Shown: one piece after another, positions 49,130 to 62,300 of the stretch | Layout of the letters: the number at the start of each line of letters is the position of its first letter | Position numbering within the stretch: the first letter of the stretch is position 1 | From: Monocercomonoides exilis PA203 | Taxonomy: Eukaryota; Protista; Preaxostyla | DNA length: 64,000 nucleotides | Reading direction: 5' to 3' | Assembly (NCBI GenBank): GCA_001643675.2 | Contig: LSRY02000030.1 | Span: forward strand, 434,001-498,000 | Made by a program: the position numbers and the translations under genes | Notes under the pieces: generated by a model | What the model saw: the letters and a program-made list of their open reading frames with translations, nothing else | Databases searched by the model: none | Told to the model about the DNA's origin: nothing

Positions 49130-49806
49130 ACAACATTTGGTGAACAATTGATATGTTTTAGAGTTTTTTTCATTCAAATTTCATGGAGCATTTCAAAAAA
49201 AACATGATAAAATAAACGAAATATTCGTCAAATCTTTGTTTTTTTTAATTTCAATAATTCAAAAATAATTAACAATTAACAAGAACAGCGAATATCTGTT
49301 TTAAAAATAAGCAAGTCAATTCAAATAAACAGGGGTTATTTTAAATTACCCCCATAATTATAAATTATTTTTTCAATTTAAAAAATTTGATTCAATCTGC
49401 ATTGCATCTAATAAATAAGTTTTTTTTGAAATTTTTTATTTGGCATTTAATTAAGTTCTGTTTCATAATTTAGAAATAATTTTTGAATTGAAGAAACTCT
49501 CGGCATGTACTCATAAGAAAAAAGTTTAATTTAATTTTATTATTATTTTTTTCTTTATTTAAAAAAGAATAACGAAAACGAAAGGATAATTCATATTTGT
49601 GTTATTAACGTGTTAAAATCAGAAATAAATTTCATTCATTCAAAACAAAATGTACAAAATTGTATTTGTTGAATTTGTTTCTTCAGAAATTATTCATTCT
49701 CAATCTCTGAAATGAGAAAAGGTTGATTGAATAAAATTCTTAATTATTGAAAAAAAGCAGTGAAAAACAAAAGTTCAACATTCTCAATTAATAAATATTT
49801 GTTGGT

Positions 49807-51810
49807 GGGGTTATCATTTAACCCCAACTCATTTTTTTATTCTGACCCAAATTTTTGAAGTGAAAATTTTAGAAAAATTTTAAAAAATACAAAAGAAGAA
49901 TCAATTCTTCGAATTATCTTTCTTTTTCCCAGTTTGCTTTGTAACTCTTCATTTTCCTCTTCGTTTGGGTCATCAAAAATTACATCAGAGTAATTTTTTT
50001 TTTTTTTTTGATTTTATGTTTGAATTCAACAATCTCATCTTTTTCGTTTTCATTCTCTTGTTTCATAACTTTTTCCTTTTCCTTTTCTTCTTTTCTCCCA
50101 ATATATATTTCCCAATTGTCTAAAAGTTCTTTTTTTGCAATTAACTTTCCAAAATAATCAAAACGGTTACGATGGGAAGGAAGAGGGTATTTTGATGATT
50201 CAGGTGGTTTGCGAAGAACTGGACCGAACGTGTTATGAAGGACTCCGCTTTCTTTAAAAGCTTTTTTTAGTGACAGAAGGAGTTTAAGCTGAGTTGATTG
50301 TATGAAAAAGCACACAAACAAGAGCTTTTCAAGAAGCAGAAAAAAAGGAAGATAAAGGAACATCAAGTGATGAAGAAATGTGAAGTTTTGAGAGCTGCAA
50401 ATACTCCTCCGTCGAGTGGCTGAGACAAGTGAGTCCAGTGGGGGATGAATGTTTCGACATCTATGTTATTTTCTGAGAAAACTTTCCAAATTGAAGAATC
50501 ACCACGTGAAGGATGGAAATTAATTTATAAAAGACATATATCTGTTTGAAGTGACAAGCTCTTTCTTCTATCAACAATGGAAGGGAGAAGAATTGTTTCT
50601 GCATATTTCTTGATGTTTTACTTGTCAATCAAGCCACTTTTGTTAGGCCAGATGTGAAGAGAAGGGAAGAGAATAGGCTTCTGTTCGTCTGGTTGTTTGA
50701 CACTTGTCCAGAGAATGATGCAAGGAAATGAATAATCATCTGCTTCCACTGAAGCAACACGTGTTGCATTGTCACTTCATTGTGCTTCATTGCAATATCA
50801 AGTTCTTTGTCTCGAAGGATTGATAATTTCGATATTGGCAGCAGATAATATTAGTTAAGAAGATTTGTCAACATTGAATAAAAAGAAGGTTAAGAGTTGT
50901 TTTCTTTGTGTAATTCTGTTATCATTTGATACCAAGGCTTCATCGCACTCCTGCATGATTCAGTGAGCCGATTTATATCAAAACTTTTTGGCTTGCTCTT
51001 TCTTTATTGCAAATGTAATTTCAAATCCCTGTGTGCCATTGCATAAAAAACATTTTAAGATGGCTCTTTTTCGTTTTTTGAATCATTATAACATTTTCCA
51101 TCTTCAGAAAAAATGTTGATGCAATTTTATTAAACTGAAGCAAACCAATTCTCTTGTTTTCTTCATTGTTGAACTGCTTCCACAAATTGAATCAACACTG
51201 ATAGCATTTAACACAATTTTTTCCTTATCTTCTATAAATGTCAGTGGTCTTCATGTTTTTCCAACTTGCCTTTAAGTTCTCAATGCCCGAACTGCGCTTT
51301 TGATGCTTCTTCAGCTGAATTTCTTTGAGTTTATGGAGTCTGTGATTTTTTCGATGCAATCATACACAATGAGTGCCATTCATTCAAGTTTGTTCTTATA
51401 TTTTCTTTATAGAAAAGATAGTTTAGCATGTTTTAATTTTTTTAATCCCTTCTTTTCTTTTCTTTTTATTTCAACATGAATTTTCATTTTTTTATTTTAG
51501 TGTTTTGATCTAATTTTCATTGTTTTTATTAATTTGACGTGGATAAAAAAAATTAAAAGTGTTTTGAATGAACAATGCATCTTTTCACACCTTGAAATCA
51601 ACCAATTTCTCTTTGAAGTTTGATGGAAGGTTTAATCCCACATCATCTCCCCCCCATGATAAATAGGTTTCATTTCAAAACAAATATTAAAAATGCAATA
51701 TAGATACCTTTTCGACAAATAATCAAGTTATTTTTTCAAAAAGGAGGAAATAAAACTTATGTAAAAAATAATAGGTCAGAGATAAAAAACAGGTGTCAAA
51801 TCTTAACCCA
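49807..51810 (-). mobile_element. Decayed pogo-like element related to 1566-3866; transposase pseudogene ~49980-51429
   Basis: Minus-strand motifs LFNVDKS, NATRVASVEADD, FIPHWTHLSQPLDGGVFAALK, RFDYFGKLI. Degenerate termini GGGGTTATCATTTAACCCC and (revcomp) TGGGTTAAGATTTGACACC. Boundaries are uncertain. Confidence 0.75.
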
Positions 51811-52525
51811 ATAATCACAGAGACCAGAAATATTTTTATAAATGGGTCATATTTTTTGAAATCATATATTTTTTCCGGGAATTGATTTTTTAATAATTGT
51901 TTGTCAATGGGAAGTGTTTTTGTATTCAGATGATAAAATAATCACAACTGTTTCAAAAACAAATGTTGAAACAGAAATAAATATAAAGATGTCTTTTATT
52001 AGCCTAATAACTATTCAGTGTTAACGTGTGAAGATTCATGCAAAAATTTCGTTTCGAAAATTCTGTATGAAAAGATGTGATCTTATGAACAATCTCCCAC
52101 ATTACGTGTTGAAGATTTATTAGAAACACTATTTATGAAAGCCTTTTAATGTGAAGAATCTGCAGATGCTTTCAATGAATTCTTTAAGTTTTAAATTTTT
52201 ATAATAATTCTTGTCACAAATGCGAAACAAACAAAAAAAAAAAGCATAATTTCAGGAACATCTTTCAGTTAAATAATGATGAGTTGAGCTTTACTCTTCT
52301 GATTTGTTCATATTGCTGGATTGGGATTCAAAACAATTCAATTTCTTCACTTTTTTTCTTCGATAATGATACAGCAGGATACTGGGAAAGTGTTTCGTGA
52401 ACTTGTTCACAAATACGGAACGAAAGACAGCCAGTTATTGGATGCGAGGGAATTGCAGTAAAAATTGACGAAGCAATATAGCGAAAATTGAAAAACAGAC
52501 GAGGAAGAAAGAATCAGAAAATAAT

Positions 52526-55500
52526 GCATAAGTGTAACAAAACACCTCCTCCAATTTCATGATTTCATTCATGATAATAAATGGGAATGAATAACATAAA
52601 AAAACAACACTTTTTGGTGGAGCAGTTTTTTAAGATATCAACATAAAATATCAAGAATAAATATTTGTGATCTGTCCCATAATTAAATTTTTTATTAAAA
52701 CTTTTTTGCTTTAAACTTTAATGCCTGCAAATTGAAAGTTAATCTTTGGATTTGATAACACAATACCAAAACACTTCACAAATAAGGTGTGAAATTTGCA
52801 CTTTATCGTTGTTATTAAAAGTTATTTTTTTGTTTGAAAAATGTAATTTTGTTGGATTTTTCTTGTTCATTCAACAAATGTTCGGTAAAAGATCATTCCG
52901 GAGCGTTATATTGCAAAAGTTTAAATAAAATTGAAATCACAAAATCCAATTTCACAAATTGTTTGGTATCACATAGAGGAGCAGTATCAAAAATTACAAA
53001 TCCACAAACGAATTCTGTTCAGTTATTATCAGATAACAGAGTGGAAAATAGTTCAATAACAAATTTGTGTTGAACTGATTGGTGTTTTCCGTTTGGTGAT
53101 TTTCCATCAAACGGAAAATTTCTATTTCCCAAATGAAAGTGTATAGCTTGAACAGGAGGAAATGCGGTTTGTTCTCTCACATTCAATAGACCTTCACAAA
53201 ATAAAGCAAATCAATTTTTGGTCAATGATTTCCGATTGACAAATAACAAATTAATAGCCTCTATCACATATGGAGGTGCTGCCACTTATTTTTATTCAAC
53301 TTATTCCTGGATGAATTGTGTAAAATTCATCACATCCTGATTCTTTGATGGCGACACCGCCACTAATAGCAATGGAAACGATGCCTTTTACAATGGCAGC
53401 AGTGTCACTCAATCCCCATTCAATTAGTGGGATCAACTACCCCAACAAAAAGAGTCTGGAATGCAGGAACAGCTTTCAACGCCGTGCACAATAGCTGGCT
53501 CAATCTCATCAACCAGAACAAAATCGTTGGAAACAACGAAACTGACGACAATACATATGATCGAACGCAGGAAAGCCCGTTTGATCCAATCGAGAATATT
53601 TTAAGGTCCATTGCTCCCTTCAGTGATGTCTCCCTCTCTCTTTTTGCCTCAATATTTGTTCCCACTCAAACGCTCTCTTTCAGTGCGACTGCTGCAAAAA
53701 TCTCTGGAAATGGAACAATTGCACCATCGTTTGAATCTTCATATGACGTTCATAAACAAAATTCATGCACATCATCATTTTATATTCTCAAACTTTGACT
53801 CTTCCTCCTCTTCCTCCTCTTCCTCATCTTCCTCCTCTTCCTCCTCTTCCTCCTCTTCCTCCTCTTCCTCCTCTTCCTCCTCTTCCTCCACTCTCATTCA
53901 GATCTTCAATTCACCTTCTTCGACTTAATCGCAATCTTCTGTTTTTTCCTGTAATCTCTCTCTTCTCCTTCAATGCCCACTCCCCTGAGAATTGGCTTTG
54001 TCCTCTCCATCAAAAACCCATCTTTCAGAGCGATATTCATCATTCACACAGATTCTGCTTGCTTAATGAGGCCATGTACCTGTGAGTTATTGATTTTAAC
54101 ATCAAAAAGAAGTCCCTCCACACTTCGAACTCTTCAAGTACATCCTCAGAAGCTCTTTGTGAAGAACCAACTTTTCAAGGTGAGTCAACCATAGAAGTCT
54201 CCTTTTTTGCATCTGCAGCTTCCATCATTCGACAAGACTCATCCATACTCTCCTCGTCACTGCCAAACTTCCTCGCAACAATGAAATCGTCAGAGCATTC
54301 GTAATGCCTTGTTAACGACTTGAACCTCCTTCCTTATTCGCACTTTAACAACTTTCTCATATGTTCAGCTATTTCTTTCAGACAAACATATTCAAGTTCG
54401 CTTCATGTATATGTTCACCACATTTCATTAAACAAAAATAGTTTAATTTTATAATATCATCTGTTCTATCAGAAAAATTGATTAATAAAGAGATAAAAAA
54501 GTTGAAGCTAAAGATAGGAAATAATAAGTATTTTGTCAGAAAAGATGAAATAATGAAAAAGATAGATGAAATGAGATTGTTTATGTTGTGGTTTGTTTTT
54601 CTGTTTTCATTTATGGAAGTGTGTCAATAGGTTTTGAAAATTTCTCATTTTTTGTTGTTCGCTTGAGGTTTAAAAAAGCAAACATTTTTTCATTTCATCA
54701 AGAAAATAAAAATTGGATCATTTTTTTCTGTTTATGAACAAGAAATGGGGCAAAATATTTTGCTTCAAGCATTTTCAGAAAAAAAATATGCACTTTTCAT
54801 TGACTTTTTGAGGAAAAAAAACACAAAAAAAGGGTCCATTTTTTGACATTCGTGAAATGTTGAAAAACCTTTTGTTTTTAATACAATGATCTCTGTTTAC
54901 GGATATTTTAATCAAAATTATTTCAAAATCTGAGAAAGCGAAATAAAGTTATGAGCGAAACAATTTTTTCATGCTTTGTGCATTAAAAGCTTGAAAAGCC
55001 ATATTTTCCCCCAAATATATTCGTAATTTCAGAAGTTTTCATTTTAGACATTTAAACTTTATGCAACATCAAAAAAATCATCTTGACATAACTTTCTAAT
55101 TAAAATACAGAAATCGTTTATCACTAAAAAAGACGATCACATACGAATGAAATGAGATAAAAATCAAATTATCAATATATATATAAACTAAATCAAATGG
55201 AACGTTAATGATTATCTTCATTTCACTAATAATCTTTCTTATTAATAAAAATAAACTCCAGATAAACAAGTTTTTTACTTTAAAAAAACGAAAGATTAAT
55301 TCAATTCGTTTGCAACAACTTCTTAAGCTTAAAAAGTGTTAACATTTTCGAAAATAAATTGGATGAATATGTGGATGTTGCAATTAAGAAGGTTATTAAA
55401 AAGTTTTTAGCATTGCACTTAAAAATAACAATAAAGTGCAAATTTCACACCTTATTTGTGAAGTGTTTTGGTATTGTGTTATCAAATCCAAAGATTAACT

Positions 55501-55711
55501 TTCAATTTGCAGGCATTAAAGTTTAAAGCAAAAAAGTTTTAATAAAAAATTTAATTATGGGACAGATCACAAATATTTATTCTTGATATTTTATGTTGAT
55601 ATCTTAAAAAACTGCTCCACCAAAAAGTGTTGTTTTTTTATGTTATTCATTCCCATTTATTATCATGAATGAAATCATGAAATTGGAGGAGATATTTTTT
55701 TACACTCATAC
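52526..55711. mobile_element. Non-autonomous Mutator-like (Pack-MULE-like) element with ~280-bp TIRs carrying a host gene fragment
   Basis: 52546-52806 is the exact reverse complement of 55431-55691, with imperfect extension to G52526 and C55711. GAAAATAAT(G) is directly repeated at 52517 and 55713. No transposase was seen inside. Confidence 0.8.
52834..54190 (+). pseudogene. Captured, decayed surface-protein ectodomain fragment (cargo of the TIR element)
   Basis: FNKCSVKDHSGALYCKSLNKIEITKSNFTNC and GSTTPTKRVWN..WLNLINQNKIV align with 45839-46560. Followed by a poly-Ser tract (TCTTCCTCC)n at ~53800-53890. Many stops. Confidence 0.75.
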
Positions 55712-55979
55712 TGAAAATAATGATTTGTGATTCTAAACCTTACGAAGGAGATGGAATTGGAAAGCATTTTATGATTGATGTTCCCTACAGAAAAAATGGA
55801 AACTTTTATGATTATTTTCCAGAAATGCAAAAATGATGGCAGATTGATATTCTCAGATAAATTATTAATTATTTTTTTTTTGCAAACACTTTGATGAAAG
55901 GATAAAACTGCACACCATGAAAGATAATTCAGATGCAATGAAACAAAGGTGTGCACATGTTTGCAATTGAAGGGAAATA

Positions 55980-56433
55980 CAGTCAAAACCGGATATTATC
56001 ACATCGGTTTTTGCACAACTTTTTGTGACTATATCCGATTGTGTTGATATTCGATGTGATATAACACAGAAGAGAATAAAAATTTATTTTTGAAATAATT
56101 AATTTTGGGTCAAATTTTTCATTTTTGAAAATCCTTCATGAAAACACTTTTTTTTAAACTTGCGAAATTAACTTTTTTCATTAATACATATTATTTTGAC
56201 TTATTTGAGCACATTTTTGAAAAAGCGAAAAATCAAAATTTTTGATCATAAAATCGATTTTTCATTGAAATAATCTCCTATAATGAAATATATTAAGATT
56301 ATATATTTTAAGCCCTGTAACAATATTCGATGGAAATTGAATGAAAAATCAGCAAAAAAATGTCAATGCATGGAAAAATGTAACTGTAAACGAATGTGAT
56401 TGTATTTGATGTGATTGTATCAGGTTTGGATTG
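55980..56433. mobile_element. 454-bp Tc1/pogo-type MITE inserted in the Merlin pseudogene
   Basis: Left TIR CAGTCAAAACCGGATATTATCACATC vs right TIR (revcomp) CAATCCAAACCTGATACAATCACATC; TA at 55978-55979 and 56434-56435. Confidence 0.78.
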
Positions 56434-56763
56434 TATCCACATTTGGGATGTTCTTTTCAATAATTTGTTCTAAAGATTAGATTGATGAATGACTATCTGA
56501 CACTTTTAAAAGTGAAATCAATGCTTGATTTAACCTTCATCCAGTCCGTGAAATATTTGTGCATTGAAAAAGAAATTGCACCCGTTCAAATGAAAGAAGA
56601 AGAAGAAGAAGATGTGATTACAGATAAAAATGAGGAAATACCAGAATTAGAAGATAAAGCCAATGGTTATGACATTATTAAATCAAATGAAGATAAAAGA
56701 GCTGGATATGGGGCTAGTGCATCTGAATATGATAAAAAAAATATTTTGTAAATATTTAAGCCA

Positions 56764-56938
<175 letters not shown>

Positions 56939-57141
56939 CTTGATTATTCTTGATTGCTTTTGTTTGTTTTTGTTATTTCGATCTGTTTTTTGAGAAACAC
57001 TAATAAAAAAAACAATCATTTTTAATAAAAAAAATTGTCATATTTCTTTTAAAAAGAACGATAATAATTTTTTTTTTCATCATTACCAAATTACAATTTG
57101 TCATGTTTGGATTATTAATGTTCAACATTCTTATATATATA

Positions 57142-57397
57142 TGGGTGATTATTTTTGAAATCATATATTTTTTCATGGTATTGATTTTTCAAAGATCGTT
57201 AGTTTTTTGAAAGATAATTTATATTCAAAAGAGAAAAAACATGATCATTGTTTTTAAAAACAAATGGTTTTTCTGAATCAAAGATTAAAATGTTTTCAAA
57301 AAGTCTTTTTTTTCTTTTCATTTTTTTATTGATATTCAAGAAAAATTTTTGCACCGAAATCTTTGTCTGAAAAAATATGATTTCAATAATAATCATT
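57142..57397. mobile_element. Degenerate MITE; a related left-end copy lies at ~51843-51970
   Basis: TGGGTGATTATTTTTGAAATCATAT vs (revcomp) AAATGATTATTATTGAAATCATAT; TA-rich flanks. Confidence 0.55.
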
Positions 57398-57401
57398 TAT
57401 A

Positions 57402-57609
57402 TGGCTGATCCTTTTTGAAATTATACTTTCGTTCGAGTTTTGATCAAAAATTTTATTTCAATGGGATTTTCGAAAAGATTTTTTTTTCTTTGAAATATCT
57501 TCATAAGATGTGCGTGTTCTCTGTTGTGGTTCATTTATTCGAAATCCCATTGAAAACAAAGTTTTGATCAAAACTCGAACGAAAGAATGATTTCAAAAAG
57601 GATCAGCCA
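57402..57609. mobile_element. 208-bp MITE with ~75-bp TIRs
   Basis: TGGCTGATCCTTTTTGAAAT..CTTTCGTTCGAGTTTTGATCAAAA..TTTCAATGGGATTT is mirrored at the right end; TATA on both sides. Confidence 0.85.
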
Positions 57610-57726
57610 TATAGTCAAGTTACTGATAAATATGAACGCACCGATGTATTTGGATTATGTTGAATACGGTTGAAAAAGGCTATGCGAAATTCGATTTGTA
57701 AATATCCAATAAAGACTGCAATTATA

Positions 57727-58715
57727 GGGTTACACTTTTATTTCTGACCCTTTTTTTCCCCACCCTTTTTTTTGTGGAGCTGGCTACGGCTTTATACAAG
57801 CTTGTAGCCAACAAAAAATAACTAGAAATGTTTATTTTTATATATTTAACTTTTACAGAAAAATTTTTTTCGCACAATTTGTTTTTAACTTTAAGATCTC
57901 TGTATTTTTTAATTTTATTTTTTGATCATTAAATTGATGGTCTTTCCATGAATATAACATTCTGGAAGTTTTAAGCTACATCGTCATTGCATATCTTATC
58001 CTTTTTATTATTTTTATAACTTTTCACATCTCACAAGTTTCTTTTTCACTTGTTTTCTAATTTCATCGACTTTTCGAAAAAATGCAATTTCATAAGGAAT
58101 GATGAAATTTTTGAAAAAATTTTTAAGATTATTCTTAATATATGATAAAATGTTAATTATGTTGATATACAAAAAAGTTTTTCAAATTTGATTTTAAATA
58201 GAAAAATGAAAAACATCAATTTCAGAAGTTTTGATTTTTTCAGCCAGTAACTTGTTTTCAGCAAAATTTTGTATGAGTATCCAACAATTTATTGAGTTAA
58301 AAATAAGATACAGCTAATGAAATTAAAAAATTGTCTTTTATTCAATCAAATATTGCATTTTTTCGAAAAGTCGATGAAATGAGAAAACAAGTGAAAAAGA
58401 AACTTGTGAAATGTGAAAAGTCATAAAAACAATATAAAGGATAAGAAGTGAAATGGCAGTGTAGCTTAAAACTTCCAGAATGTTATTAGCATGGAAAGAC
58501 CATCAATTTAATGATCAAAAAATAAAATTAAAAAATACAGAGATCTTAAAGTTAAAAACAAATTGTGCGAAAAAAATTTTTCTGTAAAAGTTAAATATAT
58601 AAAAATAAACATTTCTAGTTATTTTTTGTTGGCTACAAGCTTGTATAAAGCCGTAGCCAGCTCCACAAAAAAAAGGGTGAGAAAAAAAAAAGGGTCAGAG
58701 GAAAAAGTGTAACCC
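57727..58715. mobile_element. 989-bp foldback/MITE with ~360-bp TIRs
   Basis: Arms 57727-58088 and 58352-58715 start GGGTTACAC. TA at 57725-57726 and 58716-58717. ~260-bp AT-rich spacer. Confidence 0.92.
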
Positions 58716-59358
58716 TATATTTTTCTCAGAAAAATTAATTTGCTTGTTTTTGATCAAAAAAAATAAGCCTCAATATTTCAATGGTTTCAATAATTGTTTC
58801 ACTCCTTTTTCTTTATTTCGTTGATGTGAAGTGATAATTAAAAAATATATATAAATGAATTGGTTGTTTAGTATGTTAAAATGAAAACCGAAACATTGTT
58901 TGCTGTGCTTTCTCATTGAGAAGCAGTTGCTCACAATTTGTGAAAACAATCATAATCACAACTTTTTCAAAACAGATTTAAAAAGGAATTACAAAATGGT
59001 CTGAATAACAAAAAAATAAAACTCAATAAAAACAAACAAGTTGAAATCAAAACATGGATGAAAACATAAAAACAGAAACTCGTTCTTTTCAAAAAACTAA
59101 TCTACACAATAAAAAACAGATAAACAATATTCTATCAGAAAAACAAGCATTAATGGTCTCGTATTCACTCTTTTGCAGCCAACTCACAATATTTGAGTTC
59201 TCATTTTTGAATTGAATATCGTTATTTAATTTTGCCAAAAGAAAATTTCTCTTCATGTGCCATGTTCTCTGACTGTTGAAAATATCTGAGTTGATCCTGT
59301 TCAATTAACAAAATTAAATGCTTCATTAAATGTCAATAAGTGTGTGGATTGCCCTTTT

Positions 59359-62300
59359 TTATTGGAAAAATGAAATTCTGATCTCTTTTTCCTCTGATCT
59401 TGCTTTTGCTGATTGATCTTCTTCTGCTTCTGTTTCTGTGACTGTGCTGCGTCCTTGTTGTCTTTGCCTGTCCCCATCCACATTCCCATCTCCAGCTTCT
59501 CCACATTCATATTCCCCTTCTTTCGTTCCATAAATCTCAATTGCATCTGAAATCGTCACCATTTTCGATTCCAACGGAAACAACTCAAACAACCCTTTTT
59601 TCACATCTGCCAGTGTGATTCGCGAGCTTGGGGAGTGAGATATCATCGTTTTCGTAATCCTTTCCAACCGGCTTCTTCTTATCATCTCCATGTTTGGCCT
59701 CTCCCCATTCACGATCTTCTGCCCAGCCACTTCCCCTTCATACTCCCCAAACGGGATTTGAAGAGTCAAGCACTCCCACAGCATCATCCCAATCGAGAAT
59801 ACCACTGATTCTTTTGTTGCTCCCATCTTCTTGTTCATCAGCAGCTCTGGTGCCTTCCACCTCAAACACTCTTTTCTGTTGTATTCATCATCCTCAAATG
59901 CCGATGAGGGAAGGGAGTCACTGTCATCATCATTGTCACTGGCAGATGTCACAACGGTCGATGATGAAATGGATGATGAGTCTGAATCATCATCAGATGA
60001 GAAGTCAGAGTGCATAACAATGCAAATGATCATGTGCTCAGAAAATAGAACAATATGAGGACTCAGAGTGGAAAGAGAAGATAATCCATTTTCCATTTCA
60101 TCAAAGGAGTGAAGCGCTAGATTAGCCACCCAGAACAGGATCTGTGCGGCTGTTTGCTCCCTCTCCTGAAGAGTGCCTATCGCCATCTCTTTTGTCTTAT
60201 TCAGCCCGTGAAGCAACATGAACAGAGAATCTCTCAAGTCCACAATCAGCTTCTCATGAGGAGACGAACAGGCCATTGCATCCACCAGATTAGACATCGA
60301 AGATGTGGTTGGACACATACTCTCCGATCGAACAAATGTTGAATCTGAATCAGTTGTTGAAGTTGATGAAATTGATGGTGATGGTGTTCTCTTTCTTGTT
60401 TCCTCTTCTTCTTCTTTCTCATCCACTTTCTCCAGCATCCATTGTGGGATCTTGTCTGAGTCTCTTCCTAGGATGTATTCGGTTGAGCCACTCTCAGATA
60501 GAAGATGCTCTGATGACTCAGAGTGTTGCATATTCGTATCATAAACCCTCTTTTTTATCCTCTCTTCATTCTTCTTCTCAGCCTCTTTCTCTGCTCTTCT
60601 CCACTGCTCCTCTGGTGACATCTCCATCGTCACCATCTCGAATGCCTTCGGATCCTTTCTCACTGTGTCATTCACAATCTCCTCCAATTCCTTTGTTCTT
60701 CTCTTTTGCTTTCTCCATCGAACAATGAATATCACAGACACAATCAGAACGATCAAAAACAAAACAACAAATATCAGACAAAAAACAGCCCATGATGATT
60801 TCACTTCTTTCTCTCCTTTAACAAGTTTTTCATCTCCTTTTCCAGCACTTTCACTCCTGTTTTTCAAAACAAATGAGGTTGTGAAAGAGGGATATTTGTG
60901 ATTGCCAAACACTATCCTTGCACATACTTCTGTTTCAGCTGACGCATCTGCAACAACAGACAAAGGCACTTTGCCATTCATCTCAGTCTCGTTCACATAG
61001 CCTGACTCTTCAAGCAAATAATGGTCGATAGCTTTCACATCATTAATCAGCGAAACAATATCGAAAGAGAGATTGCATGGAAGCAAAAGCGATCCTTTGA
61101 AAGTCAGCTCAACATAGCTTCCATTCTCTTCTGTTGCCACAAAATCGAGAACTGGAATGAAAAATGATGATGCTCGCTCCTCCATGATTCCTCCAACATT
61201 GCATCCATCATTCAGAATCCACAACGATGTATCTGGCAACATTCCATCTCCCCCTTTCACACTCACAACATTCAACTCCCCATTCCCTTCACAAATCACA
61301 TTCCTCCGTGCTGATGGATATCCTTCAATAGAGGGGTTGTTGAGCACAAACTCACTTTCACTTATCGTCACATCCCCTCCAAATATCGTCATTCCTCCAA
61401 AACAGCCTTTCGAAATCGTTGTGTCTTCAAAAGTTCCTGAACTGTTGCATATATCCACCAATGATCCGTTCCAGTGACAAATCTCTCTTGATGAAGCCAA
61501 TTCGTTGCAATTTGTCATTGCCTGTCCTTCAAAAACACACGAATCAACTGAGATCGATGAAACACCAGAAAATGTTGCAAGCGCCCCCTTTTCGACACTC
61601 GTTCGGCATTCTGAAAACGAACAATTTGCCATGCTGCAAGTGTGAGTGTGTGAGTTCATCATCAAAACAGATCCATTTGACCCTTCCATTGAGATGTTTT
61701 TGATTTCACACAGCGATAAAACAATATTTTCTTGAATGAATTGTCCGCTCTCCGCATATGAGTCATCGCAAAATAAAAGCACATTCCCTCTGCAAACAGT
61801 GTTTTCAATTTCCAACTCTTTTATCAGAACAGAATTTGGCTGATCTCCACTGAAACAAAAGCAACTCTTTGTGTCAACATGATTCAATCGAAGATCACTT
61901 ATGCTCACTTCTGCATTTTCGCACTGACATATTTTCTCACAAATGATGTTCTCCATGATGCAGTGCTCAACTGTGCAATTGCAGTTTGCCAATCTCATCA
62001 CTTCTGAAATTGAACACGATCCAACATCATCATCCAAGTGAAAGATACACGAAGATATCACGATCGAGCCGCTGGACGAGCAGAGAAAAGCGTTGTGGCA
62101 GAATGAGCCTCTGGATGGAAACAAGAACTCCAAATAAGAAAGCTCCACGTGCTCCTTTGTCTGAAGAAGATACTCGCGTGATGCGCTTATTCTCGTGTCA
62201 AAGGATATCTTGGATGTGCTTCTCGAGCGAGATTGAACACTGATCTCATCCAGATCCAGTTCTTTCTCAATAACACCCTCTCCATCGATCACCAACAGCA

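Larger units (their letters stand above)
52190..56751 (+). pseudogene. Merlin / IS1595(ISXO2)-like DDE transposase split by two nested insertions (pieces ~52190-52525, 55723-55979, 56436-56751)
   Basis: SCHKC..SIISGTSF; VIGCEGIAVKIDEA..RKLKNRRGRK; GKHFMIDVPYRK; IFSD; GVHMFAIEGK..NDYL. The D/D/E codons are at ~52467, 55856 and 55969. Frames rejoin when each insertion plus one TSD copy is removed. Confidence 0.75.
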
